Positions 13,501 through 52,084 of a stretch of DNA of 64,000 bases are shown here, piece after piece (position 1 is the stretch's first letter; every line of letters begins with the position of its first letter). The stretch is taken from contig NMRA01000564.1 in the NCBI GenBank assembly GCA_002633005.1, forward strand, positions 22,076 through 86,075. The letters are read 5' to 3'. Source of the DNA: Phoronis australis (taxonomy: Eukaryota > Animalia > Phoronida). The notes beneath the pieces are model-generated. The model saw nothing but the letters and a program-made list of their open reading frames with translations. It had not been told where the DNA came from and searched no databases. Made by a program: the position numbers and the translations under genes.

Positions 13501-16500
13501 AACACGCAAGAATCGATATATCCACGGCTAATCCTAACGATTTGATCGACAATTCTTTCCACGTAATATCTCCAGAAGTGAATGAAACGCTGAAACTTAT
13601 GGGCATAGACATTGACAAGGCATCAACGGTTTGCTCCAAAAGTCAAAATGAGAGAATGTTGATTTTGAAAGCAGGTATAGAAATTCTGCGGTTGACAGGA
13701 ATTGACTTGCAAATGTATGTTAACGCCATAAAGTCTGAGTGTAAAAGTAATCAGAAGAGTCTGCCTTGTGAGATAGAGTTACTAAAGACTTATGGCATAG
13801 ACCTTGAACGCCACGAGAGATTAGCGATGGTAGAACCATCATTGCTCGACTTAACTATGCAAGCGGCCATAAGGCTCCTTCAATCGACTGATATCGATTT
13901 GAGAAAGGGGGAGTCATGGAAATCTCCAAACGTTGAGCCATCGTCACTTTTGTCCGCTTTCTCCATAAACGCTCTCTGCGACATTGGTATTGATCTTGAA
14001 AGGCATGCCGAAATTGAGAAAAAAACTCCACAAATATTTCATTTGACAGCGCGTGCCGGTCTAGAACTCATTAGACGAACTGGTGTGGATACTAAAAAAG
14101 TGGAGCATTTGTTGGGTGCCGAAGAAAAGAAGATCAATGAGATACTCACAGAACAGCGCTTAGAAATCCTTAGAAATGTTGGAATTGACATGCAACGGCA
14201 CAACGAGGCTGACCTATCACTTCAAGATTTACTTGATATCACATTTCACGCCGGCATTGAATTGCTGAAGCGAGCTCAGATTAACCCCCAATTTATTCAC
14301 GCAATCGTTGACGAAGCAAGCAAACAATCATCGCAAACTGAAATGCCGGTGGAAGATCTTCTGAATCACCTTTTGTCGGTGGGAATAAACTTGCCGAAGC
14401 ACTTAAGCACTGCTAACCATACGAGTATGGAATTGACAAAACTGGCAGGGGTTGAGCTGCTCAAGCACTGTGGAATCGACATAACAAAGCTGAAAGGATT
14501 CAGCTATAAACAAACTACTTTTTTTGACAAACCCTCATTATTGAAAAACAAGCAGCTTCCGGAACTAGGCATAAACCTACTAGCACAAACGAGAGAACAC
14601 ATGCGAGATCATTTGAGGAAACAGTTGACTAGACAAGCCGGGTTGGAATTATTAAAGCGCTCGGGCGTCAACTTAATTGCAGAAAATGACGAACTGGCAC
14701 AGCCTAACATTTTTGACTTGTCTTGTCAATTATCTACTAACATTTTAGCCAGCATGGGAATAGACCTTGTCGCACATTCCATAATAGACTTATCTAAAAA
14801 GAATAACCTGCTGCTTACTCAAGACTTGGGATTTGAGCTCCTAAGACGAACTGGAATTGATTTGCGGTACGTTAACTACAAAGATTTAAGTTCTCTGAGA
14901 GGATCGGTGGATATGAAAAAACATAGAGCAGACATGCTTGAAGTAGGAGTAGATATATCGATGAATCAGATGGCGTGCCTGCCGAAAGCAATTGTCTCCA
15001 ACGTGACGAGGCAAATTGCATTAGAACTTCTCAAACGTAAACAACTTCTGGACAATGAGTACACCACCACTGTCATTAAGAACGATTTAAAGGCTCTTGG
15101 AATCAACATATCAAAGCTTAATAGCATGGACTTATCAAAGAAAAGGTTTATCGACCTGGCGCAACTGGCGGCAGTACATCTACTGAAAGAAACGGGGGTG
15201 GATTTGACTAGACTTGATATTAACGTTCTAAAAAGTCGCCGAAGAATGGATATTGAGAGCGAAAGCGCAATATCAAAGCTACTCAAACTTGGCGTTAATC
15301 TTCAAAGACACAGGGATTTGGATTTGGCGACCCACTTTGCGCTAGACGTCACGCGACAGGCTGCGTTAGAAGTTCTTAAGATAGGTGGAGTAGACCTTAA
15401 ACCTGACGATGGTTTGACACTCAGTATGATAACAGGGCTTGATTTGAAAACGGGCTTTGGAAAGCAGGTCATGAATGAGTTAGGTATTAACTTAGATCAG
15501 CTTAGAAATTCAGATCTGCCAACTCGGCTAATCGGTAATCTTTGCTTTGAAGCTGGTATCCAGCTTATGATGAGATCAGGCATAAATATGAACCCGCAGT
15601 TATTGTGTGATATTAAGTGCCTAAGCGGTAGATATTCTGCACAGGATATGTTCAAGCACCACGAAAACAGCCTTAAGCGTGTTGGTCTTGATTTAAGCAA
15701 ACATCCAGGGCGCCGTTTCTTAGAAAAATGTGGAACTGATTCGGCGTGTAAGACAGGAATCGCGGTACTAAAACGTGCTAAGATTGACTTAGATCCAGGC
15801 ATTTCATTGTTGCGCCTTGAGACACCAGCGAATGTTACAGATCGATTAAAATTGATGGGTTTCGATCGATCATTTGACCAAACAACAGACACATTCACCT
15901 TGAAAGATAAAAGTGCAATCCAAGTTGTTGTCATGCGCTTGATGAAGATCACTGGTATAGATGTCAAACAACTTAAAACGCTTGATCTCAGTCAAATTAA
16001 AGTTGAAATGAGTCACTTGAAAAGACAAGAAAATATTCGTATCGGAATAGATTTGTTAAAGTATCGCAAAGCTTTCCCTCTAAATATTGTGGGGAAACAA
16101 ATAGCCTATATGGCTGGAACTGAGTTGCTTAAACGGACTGTGGTTAACTATACCACAGAAGATTACGATCGCTCAAACAGGTTGATGGGTGCTGACGTTT
16201 CAAGAAGAGAAGTTCATAGTATGTTACTCAACATGGGAATCGACTTAACACTACACGCGGGCATTGAGATGAACGAAGAAAATTCACGACTCACAGCGGA
16301 AGCCGCGTTTAAAGTGTTGCTTAGTTTGGGTCTTGATTTGAAGAAATTTACTGAAACGCTTTCGGATGATGCACTCCAAAATAATATACCTAGGAAACTG
16401 CAGAAAAAGGTGAGCAAAAGGATAGGACTTGATTTAAAAACGTGCTTATCTTATAGGCTTTCCAATGCAACAGATGTAGTATTGCTAAGGGACGCTACCG

Positions 16501-19346
16501 CAAATCTATTGAAGTTTGCAGTCAGTATCAATGAGACGAGTGCACCTAAAGCGGAAGTAGCACAAGAACAAATCGTAAGAGAAACCAAGAAGACCGAGGA
16601 CACTGTCGCTGCAGAAAAGAAGCTTGGTGAGCTGTTGAAGCATCTGGAAGAATCTGGAAATCGGTTGAAACTTTTGGGAATTGACCTATCGATAAAAAAT
16701 TCATTGTCAGCCCCGAAACAAAACTGCCTGAGAGTAATTGCTCTCAGTGAATTGTTGCTCCACATGGGAGTTAGCGTCAGAAAAATTAAGGACGCCAAAA
16801 TAGATGATGTCGAGGCGCATGAGCGAAAATTGTTGAAAAACATAGGTATAGACATGGACATTTTTGATCAAGGGTTTCCCATTATTAAAGGTGCAAAGCA
16901 TGTACTCATACAAGCCGGAATAGACTTACTTAAACGCTCTGGCATCGATCTCACCACGGAACAGTACCAACAAGTAAACAAGCTGACAGGCATCGATATG
17001 TTAACCAAATCGTATTTGGCAATCTTAAATAAACTGGGAATTGATATGGCTAGACATGCGAGAATCAGTCAGAACGGAGGCACGAGTGTTTTGACCAAGC
17101 ACGCTGCTATTGAAATTTTACGGATACTTGGTCTTGACCTGAAAAAAATAACCGGGCTGTTCGCAGCTGGCCCTTGCACAGAGAGCCCATCAAAAGAAAT
17201 GAAACAAGAAATCAAGAAGATTGGAGTAGATTTGGATATATGTTTGTCTCGTCCACTTTCTACTGGGTTGGATGTCTTGCTGCTAATGGATGTTGTGCTG
17301 ACCTTGATCGCCAGCATTGACGTGAGACAAGGCGTAGCTTCACCAATGTCTTTAGATAAAACACAACCACCCGGTTCAAGTATTCAAGCCCAAGCGAAAG
17401 CAAGTGCGGCAAGCGAGTCAAGTGAATCGAGCACAGAAGAAAGTAGCATGGATTCAAGTGAAACTGGGTTAACTGAAAAAACTCAAATCATTCACGACGA
17501 AACAATAGTAGATACGGCAGAGGAGTCAAGCACGGAAGAGGAGTCAAGCACGGAAGAGGAGTCAAGCACGGAAGAGGAGTCGAGTACGGAAGAGGAGTCG
17601 AGCACAGAAGATGGTGGAAGTGATGAAGGTATTAATATGACTTTTCAAGAAACTAAAAACATAACAAAAATTCAAATAAACGCATCATCGGACGAGGAAG
17701 TTGAAGCCAGTGAAGAAGAGACGTCGACCGAAGAAAGTGAAGATGATGGCAGCCCAACACTGACTGCTCGGGAAACTAAAGAGACAAGAACAAGATCAGA
17801 TGAGTCAGACGAAATGGGGTCGACAAAAGAAGATGATAGAAGTGATGAGGCAAGTGAATCTAATGAAGAAGAGTCGACTACAGAAGATGGCGACAACGAT
17901 GATTCTGAAGACGAAGGCGATCAGAAACCATTTAGACCAATACACTTTTTAAAAAAACTGTCGAGTGATCAATCCATACTGGAATATTTGAAAAGAACTG
18001 CGTTTGTTGATTTTTCAAAATGCCGCCCAGTGTGTGAGGAGGATGTCAAACTGATTAAGTCTGCTGCCACGTGGTTACTTCAGAGAAGTGGTGGCAAACA
18101 ATCGTCTTTGAAAGATCTGATTCCTTCGAAGCCAGTCGCGATTACCGACAGACACCACATCGAGAGGTTAAAGCAAATGGGAATAGATATTAATGAGATG
18201 AGGCTGCTAAAGTTAGAGGAAGCAGACGAAATACTTTTTGTGAAGCTGGCTGGGCTTGAGCTGTTGAATCGTGTTGGTATCAATACGAAATGCCATATTG
18301 AAGAGCTTGAAAGCGACAAAGATGCTATTCGTGCTTGCTCGCGTGTTTTGAAGAACACAACGATAAGCAAGTCGGACTTGCCAAAAAAGAAGTCTAAGTC
18401 CAGTGGCACACAAATACAAAATATTAGCGCAGGAGAATTAATGCGCAACTTTGGTGCAGAACTCCTAAAAAGAGCGGGGATTAATCCAACGCTTTTGCTC
18501 AACAATATGAAACCCAAAGTAGATTTGAGATCATCGAAGTGTATTACCAAGCTTAGAATGTTTGGCATAGACCTTGAAAAGCACGCAAGGAGTAACGTAC
18601 ACTCACAAGATGGGCATAATTTGTCGATTCAGGCAGGGCTAGAGTTACTAAAAAGAGTGGGCGTGAGCATTAAGAAGTTAAAAGGATTTGTTAAGCCGAA
18701 GCAAGTGGACGATCCAGTTCTACTTGCGGCGGGATTAGATTTAAAGACCCACTCAAAAATGGACCTAGGTATACCAGAAAACTTTGCAGTCACAAAAGAA
18801 GCCGGAGCTGAGCTTCTACGTCGAGCTTCTGTGAACGTGAAAAAACAACTTGCTTTCAAGCGTGCCAAACAAAAGATCCGGAACATAGACTTTGAGTCTG
18901 GTGTCGTTACTGAACAAATGAAAAAAATTGGCATCGACCTCGAAAAGTTTTCGAAGGGAAATCAGCAGACAACAGCAGGACGTGAAGTAAATCTCTCGGT
19001 AGGTCTTGAGCTAATTAAGAGGTCAGGCGTGACAAAAGATGTGTTGACTGAAATTCGTGCACTGGATTCATCTGACAAGTGCAATAAATCGGCAACGAAA
19101 GTGGGTGCATTACATCAAACAGAGATCCCCATATTGCAATCGCGTTTAACTTCTAAGGGCGCCAATCCAAAGCTGCCAAAATATGAAATTACTAATCGCA
19201 AAAACAATAGAAACAGTCGTTCTTTGAACACGTCAAGTTCACAGGCAAATAAATTGTATGAGATTTCGACTGAAACTGCTGTGAAGAAGAAAACAAACAC
19301 CAAAAAGACGCCCCCTGTTATTGCATTCCTACGAGAACTTAATTGA
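1261..19346 (+). CDS. 5'-partial giant type I membrane receptor: >=6 Ig-like domains + TSP1 + TM + ~2690-aa helical-repeat cytoplasmic tail (spliced gene)
   Basis: Exons 1261-1590, 2034-2366, 3499-3819, 5277-5612, 6117-6452, 7856-8161, 9248-9421 and 11197-19346 all have AG/GT borders and phase-1 junctions. They join in frame (>=3428 aa), and the Ig junctions recreate Y/F-G-P linkers. No signal peptide exon is in the window. Confidence 0.85.
2034..2366 (+). CDS. Receptor exon, Ig-like domain B (second Cys replaced by Tyr)
   Basis: tag|AT GGG CCT ... CTA T|gtgagt; SVECRTDGVNP..VEW..INYSSWN. Confidence 0.8.
3499..3819 (+). CDS. Receptor exon, Ig-like domain C
   Basis: cag|AT GGT CCC ... ACG T|gtaagt; SLTCSTDDVYP..ISW..NGLELSCKGVN. 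Confidence 0.88.
3896..5105. mobile_element. Decayed TTAA-AG TIR element (Kolobok-like) with an internal KolX-like PYEFNP motif
   Basis: Inverted subterminal motifs gtgatgtcatcagtgga (~4062) and tccactgatgacgtcac (~5021); degenerate terminal inverted match; LRPYEFNP at ~4240. Confidence 0.42.
5277..5612 (+). CDS. Receptor exon, Ig-like domain D
   Basis: cag|TC GGA CCG ... GCG T|gtaagt; IDCSTTPSCP..VSW..FECSANN. Confidence 0.83.
6117..6452 (+). CDS. Receptor exon, Ig-like domain E (lacks the second Cys and the core Trp)
   Basis: cag|AC GGG CCA ... ATA T|gtgagt; ILKCLTDAVKP..FTATKEHNFKQVIFHAVN, which aligns by eye with domain A. Confidence 0.8.
6940..7190 (-). mobile_element. Penelope-like retroelement fragment (C-terminal part of the GIY-YIG endonuclease)
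   Basis: EDNWFKRGVKEAL..ESPSSNKRGGLRFNL resembles the typical PLE motif ExxWFERGVKEAI..PSLNRGGGLR. Confidence 0.72.
7856..8161 (+). CDS. Receptor exon, Ig-like domain F
   Basis: cag|AC GGT CCA ... AAA G|gtgagc; FVCEVDEVYP..FSW..IGCEAKN. Confidence 0.83.
9248..9421 (+). CDS. Receptor exon, thrombospondin type-1 repeat (TSP1)
   Basis: cag|TT GAT ... CTT C|gtaaga; [43 protein letters not shown] is a canonical TSP1 with WxxWxxW. Confidence 0.92.
9990..10341 (+). mobile_element. Kolobok-like MITE K1, 5'-truncated copy
   Basis: Matches ~900-1223, including the terminus gcgttccaggcctctttaa. Confidence 0.72.
10583..11130 (-). mobile_element. Kolobok-like MITE K1, inverted copy
   Basis: Begins ttaaagagccctggcacgc and is the reverse complement of 698-1223 along its length. 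Confidence 0.72.
11197..19346 (+). CDS. Receptor terminal exon (8150 nt): TM helix + giant repeat-containing cytoplasmic domain
   Basis: tttcag|AG ACA phase-1 acceptor; TM LLVGSLTAVVIIVGVAILLIIAW (11208-11276) followed by RRKRK; open frame to TGA at 19344-19346. Confidence 0.88.
17520..17609 (+). repeat. Coding 18-bp minisatellite (GAGGAGTCAAGCACGGAA)x5 encoding EESSTE
   Basis: Five near-identical in-frame units read directly from the sequence. Confidence 0.9.
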
Positions 19347-19577
19347 AGACGACATCTCGTCTTCGTGCAAATGTGTGAAAGTTGAACCATGTACTGTCTA
19401 TTTAATGCAGACAACTGCGGTTTGGTGTCATGTTTGCCTTTTGGATCGACGATTTCCCAGACGTATAATGAAAAGCTGTTCTCATCATTTCTGCTCTAGT
19501 TACGCCATGTGACGAGAAGAATTGATGTTATGTTTGCGTTTTTCAAACTCAGAAATATATAAACTGATTAGTTATCG

Positions 19578-19583
19578 TTTATT
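19578..19583 (-). terminator. Candidate poly(A) signal AATAAA for ABCB1
   Basis: TTTATT on the plus strand ~250 nt beyond the ABCB1 stop codon. Confidence 0.45.
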
Positions 19584-19833
19584 ATTAAGCAAAAATCCTG
19601 CATAAATCTTGGTTATTGATATGTCTAATATTAATGTCTAATTTGACTTTAACCAAGACACACAACATATGAACTGTGTCAAGTTGATTACTAAGTAAAC
19701 ATAACAAAACATGCAGCAGACAAAGGAAAATGAGCCGACGCTGTAGGTAGATGATGGCAAAACGATAACGAGCATCGATATAGCTATGAGCAATATCCAG
19801 TTCTTGTAGATGTGTACAGTAGTGATGTCTCGA

Positions 19834-46995
<27,162 letters not shown>

Positions 46996-49900
46996 ATTGA
47001 ATAGGTCCTCAAACCCTCTTTATACATACGCTGGTATCCTGGTTATTTTGTTCTGTTTCTGAAACAAATATACCCTGCCATGATGGTCACGAGCACAAAA
47101 TTAATGAAATCCATTCGATCACGCAGTGTTCGTTACTTTCACGAGGATCTGTGTATTTAGAACCAGTCAGTGGTTTCGTAGCTCATAATTGAGTTCTAAG
47201 TTAATAGACGTACATACGAATTATTGCTGACGGAAGAAGGCTCAGATTTACTAAATATTCATATATTATTAAGAGTGAACCTATGAACCTATCAATCCTC
47301 GGTGACCACAGAAAGCTCATGACGTGTACGAAAACAATGCCCGATGAAAATCTTTGCAATTTCCGCAAACAAGAAAGTTTCACCCGATGCTTACAATTCT
47401 GTTTCTTCATTCTGTAAGCTAGGCGTGCGCAGTAAATGACTTCTCAACAAAAGAACAAAATATGAACCAATTCCAAAGTTGATGAATATCGTATTTAAAA
47501 TTAATGGCCATAGAACTCGTTGTCTCCCTTACTGGCATTTTGTAACAATGTAATTAAAATCCTGCTCTCAGCGCTGACGTTTCAAAATGGAGAAGTTTTA
47601 GGCTCAAAGAAGACGTTAAACACGTGGCCATTTATTTTCGGTTATATTATGAGACCACTGATACTTCTGTTCTTTGGGTAAAACGTAATTCTGTGACTTT
47701 CGCTACGGTTTGTTGTTGCCCGGTTTGCCGTGGAAGACCACTTATAAGCCACTCGGATGACGGTGCGAATGTGCTGACCGTTGTCAGGCGGCCAGAATCA
47801 TCATCCCCTGACCGAGTGAAAAAAGTTAGCGAGCAGACTATGCCAGCACATCAAATAGACGATCTAAAAGACCAGAGAATCAGACGAAAGAGCCATCCGT
47901 GGTCTTACACTAAAAGAAATGTAGTATATCCTTCGGACACGTCAGGTTTCATCTGCCTCGGGAGTGCGATGTTCTCTCTTTATCGAAATAATCCGACATT
48001 GCCCTAAAAATCGTTCTATTGTACATTGTGATTGGAAAAGAGTGTTAAGAAGTCGACACTCAGCGCTAAGTAACATACCGTTTACTTCCCACAGCAACTT
48101 TGACGCTTAGAAGAATCATGAAACGTTATCACTGTTGTGAAGAACAACGCCTTCAAGCCCAACCTAGCAACGATAATCTCAGATCTTACTATTCTAATAT
48201 GTGGAACCATAAGTAGGAAGGGCTGAGACTGCCCTTGACCGAAAATTTATTCTGAGCTAATGATGAGAAATACAAGCTTTCAAAAACAAGAAATCTAAAC
48301 ACAAGTTTAAATAGGACTTTTAAATTCAAGTAGTACCGTTAACACTAGAGTTGACGTGAGGATTCTTATAGAACTAACACTTGAAAAGTTACTTGTCTTT
48401 TTCAATACGGGTATACAAGCCTGTATGTCCTCGACAACGTTGCTTTTTCCGGGAAAGCAATAGTCACAGACATTGGTAAATTCAAAACTAGTCGCAAGCA
48501 AGAGGGCTAAAGGTGGGTGTTTGCCCTCTTGTCCAAATCACCCGTTCAAAAACTGATCATAGTTCAAAAATTCGTCCTAAACGTTATATTGGGAAGAAAG
48601 CACATGGTTTAACAAGTTTTACGTCAAAGCAGGCATGGGCGATTTTTTGAAACGTGGGTCTTTCAACGGAAAACACATTATGAAACATAAATGGATGTTT
48701 GGTTAGATGACAATTCAACACAAATAATGATATAGTGATTAAGGCCCATGGGCGTATATTTTGGGATCTGTGAACGAAATTCGCCTGTAAGAACGTGAGG
48801 AACGCCATCAAATCATTTGCAGCGGACATACAATATACATCAAGCAGCTGATCAGAGCCACCATCAAGGGCCCGGGTATATGCAGATTTCGTGATCTTCT
48901 TGTCAAATTACCAAATATAATGTGGTGGTGTTGAATCACCGAAAAACACTGCAGGCTGATAGATGGACATGTCCCTGAAAGAAGTCGTGTTCTTACCTCA
49001 ACCTTAATACGCAATTCCTCGCCGCTTAAATTTCTGTGGTCTCACAGTTATGCTACGATCTATCAAGTACTCACTCTACCATACGGAAACTGATCAGACG
49101 GGTGCTTGTGCACTTGGATGTCGCGTTATCAAAACTTTATCAGACAAATGAGGCATCGGCTTTGTGTGCACTGAGGCTCTATGTTGATCTACATGGCAGA
49201 TTTATTCACCAAATGAGCTTATGGGCGGGAGAGATTAAAGTTGGAGTTTGATGTTTGATTCCACATAAACGCAGTTAGAGTCTGGCAATATATGTCGATA
49301 GCGCATTTAGTTTTAATTGCGTCACTTTTTGAACTATTTTTGATACATGCGATACGATATCTGTGGAATGTGCCTTTGGCACACATCCAAATGGCGGAGG
49401 ACTTTATAAAACCTGAATGCACGAGACAGACATTCATATCTCCAACTGTTAAAATATGTACCCTGTGATATTTGCACCAACATAGAATTAATGTTTCGCT
49501 TTCGTACAAATTCCTCGATGAGTAGTTTCTGTTGTGGACATGTGGATGAACTGAAACGATGTCAAGTCGTGTGGGACAGATTAAAGATCCAGTGGTGTCT
49601 CACGGTTATGGGAAATAACTTAATTAAGAAGAATAACTTGAGAAAGAAAAGGTCCTGCCGACAGCATAGCCAAGACGTGTTATTTTTGCCTATTAAGGAA
49701 AATCATAGTTTTTGCGGCCGAAAATCGCAATGTTGTCGAATGATTTAGACTCTTTTACGTTATTAGCTCTGACCCGAGTTATTACAAATACCCAAATCTA
49801 TCTGTTGTCTGCCACACATTCGTTGAAATCAAGGTGGGTGTTTTCTTTCAATCTAAAGATTTGATTGAAGTATTCTACTATTTTTAAAACGCGTGATTCG

Positions 49901-50973
49901 ACTCAGCGGTGAAACGTTCGGTTGCCGATGCGGTGGAGTATTTCGATTCCTTGTTACTCATGCCAATTTCTGTAAAATTACTCATCTCGCTGAGAATATC
50001 CCTTTAATTTATAAAACTGTTATAACATGGCAGAGAGAGAATATGAGTGTTCACGTGCCAGAAGCGTTCGTTTGAAAACAGTAATATTCAAACGCCATGT
50101 GAATAAAAAAGCATGTCGTGAACACGTCCACTAAAACAAGAAACTGTAGGAACACCGCATTTATCCACCTTCACTCTTATCAGGCTTCTATTGTGAGTCA
50201 GCATGCGTGAATAATAGGCTGATAAGCCACCTCTGGAACTACTTTTGGCTGAATGGATGACCAGGCCATAAAATGATAATTAGCCAAGAGCAGTTACTAT
50301 AATGCAACAAAGAATAATGTCTTGCATCACCTAGCCTTGGTGGAAAGCTTTATACTGTATTGGCTCAAACAAACGCTTAGAAAAATTCATTTCACGGTGA
50401 GGGGACGCTTATTGTAGTGAGCCTACGGCAGTTGAAACCCGGTTTCCCAAACGGGTAAAATCGGAAGCTAGGATTCATCAAATTTACGNATCCGTCAGGC
50501 ACATTTGCTGCCTCGTTTTCGTGACACTGGGGCTTCACATGTTTTGTGTTGTTGTCTGGTTCTTTACAATTTTTTCGCGGTTGCATTACTCTATTCGTCT
50601 TTCCAATGCCATTGAAGTATTCCTGCTGCCCTGTGGGCTGCATCTCCGACGTGAAAAAAGTTTGATAAATTGGACAAATACCCGTGGATGCGTGACTCTG
50701 AAATTCTTCGCCTTCCCGGCATCAATGAGAGACACGAAAATGTACCTGACTTCCAAAACTAGATTACGCTTTCTTATCTCCCGGACAAAGGAGAGTTCTA
50801 TCGCCGTGTAATCCGGGACTGCCCTATTGACCTGTCGTCAGGATTTTGACCGGCTGGCGGCTTGACTGACCAAATAAAACGCAGCATTCTTGACACACCT
50901 TCGTCTGCGTTTCCAAGCCGCCATTTTACCGGACAAACAACACGGCTGTAGTTCAAGAAATTGTGCGATAAGA

Positions 50974-51183
50974 ATGGTGAAGCGGTGTCGCTATAGAGCG
51001 GTGTAATTCCGACAGCCATTATGCAGCTAGAGAAGAATATCCCGTCGCTTTTTGGGCATTCCCTAAACCGAAAAGTGTTTGTGTAACCGATGGCTCAAAC
51101 TGTGTGGACGGCCACACGAGCAGCTGAACTTGGCAATGCTGCTTGATTACTTGAAGGTTAAACACAAATATATTTGTTCCAAG
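50974..51183 (+). pseudogene. Decayed THAP-domain transposon ORF remnant
   Basis: MVKRCRY..CNSDSHY..FWAFPKPK..CNRWLKLCGRPHEQLN..YICSK across frameshifts, a C2CH THAP pattern. Confidence 0.68.
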
Positions 51184-52084
51184 ATACGTACTTTTCCTTT
51201 TACTAACTACAGTGTATTCCTATCTGATTTCGATTCCGGAGTTTCACTCGTCTGGCCGCATTTGTCTCGGCACGTGGTGGATCCCAGCACTAGCCCTACA
51301 TGTAGCTGTAGTCCCCGGAAAATGTTGTTTTTAAGGACATTTTTATTATTTTTCAATTTTGTCAGAATGGGCGTGTCGTTTTGTTTCTTAGCAAATGTGA
51401 TGTGCATTCTTTTATTATTCATATACCCGTAGGATAGCATTCAACTGAACTTCTATCCAAAATTCACAGAGTTCGATCGGCACACGGGAGGCACTGGATT
51501 TCTGAACTCAAAGCCTTATTCGAACTGTTGTCACCAAAAAATAAACAGTTAAAATACGTTTTGTTGAGAACCTCTATGCGGTAATGTTAACATTTTCCAG
51601 AAAAATTTCTTGTTCCCAACACCGTTTTATCAGAAGTGCCTTCTGGCCGTTTTAATGACGGATTTCTTTAAGTGCAAGACTGAATTCTTGGGAAGAAAAC
51701 GTGAACAGAACAGCATGACTTTACTTAGACAAGCGATAGAACAATTAAAAGGGTGTGAATTCAATATTCCACAAGATTTTTTCAGAAAAGTCGAGAGAGG
51801 CCACACAGAAGTTTAGCGCACACGTTCTCGCAGTAAGGAACGCAGTGAAAATGCACATGTGAACGTCAACAAAGTGGCTATTGATAATATGACGAACATG
51901 TACAAGTATGATTATGAATGCAGTGAGATTAAAGAAGTTCAGAGAAAGGAGTCTTTCTTTTTGTACTGCTGGAACTTATATGGTTTAAAAATTCAATAAA
52001 CAAGACAACATAAAATATCTGTTGTTAAGACACTCTGATATTACAGACCGGACGATCGTCCCACAAATAAAAAAATCCATGTTC

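Noticed and set aside
11162-19414. Many antisense ORFs over the giant exon
   Set aside because: These are shadow frames of the plus-strand coding sequence with no independent motifs.
47600-49750. Short ORFs upstream of ABCB1 (e.g. 47624-48007, 48307-48501, 48584-48829)
   Set aside because: They have no recognisable domains and no consistent splice chain. They may be decayed coding sequence, but that is not supportable by eye.
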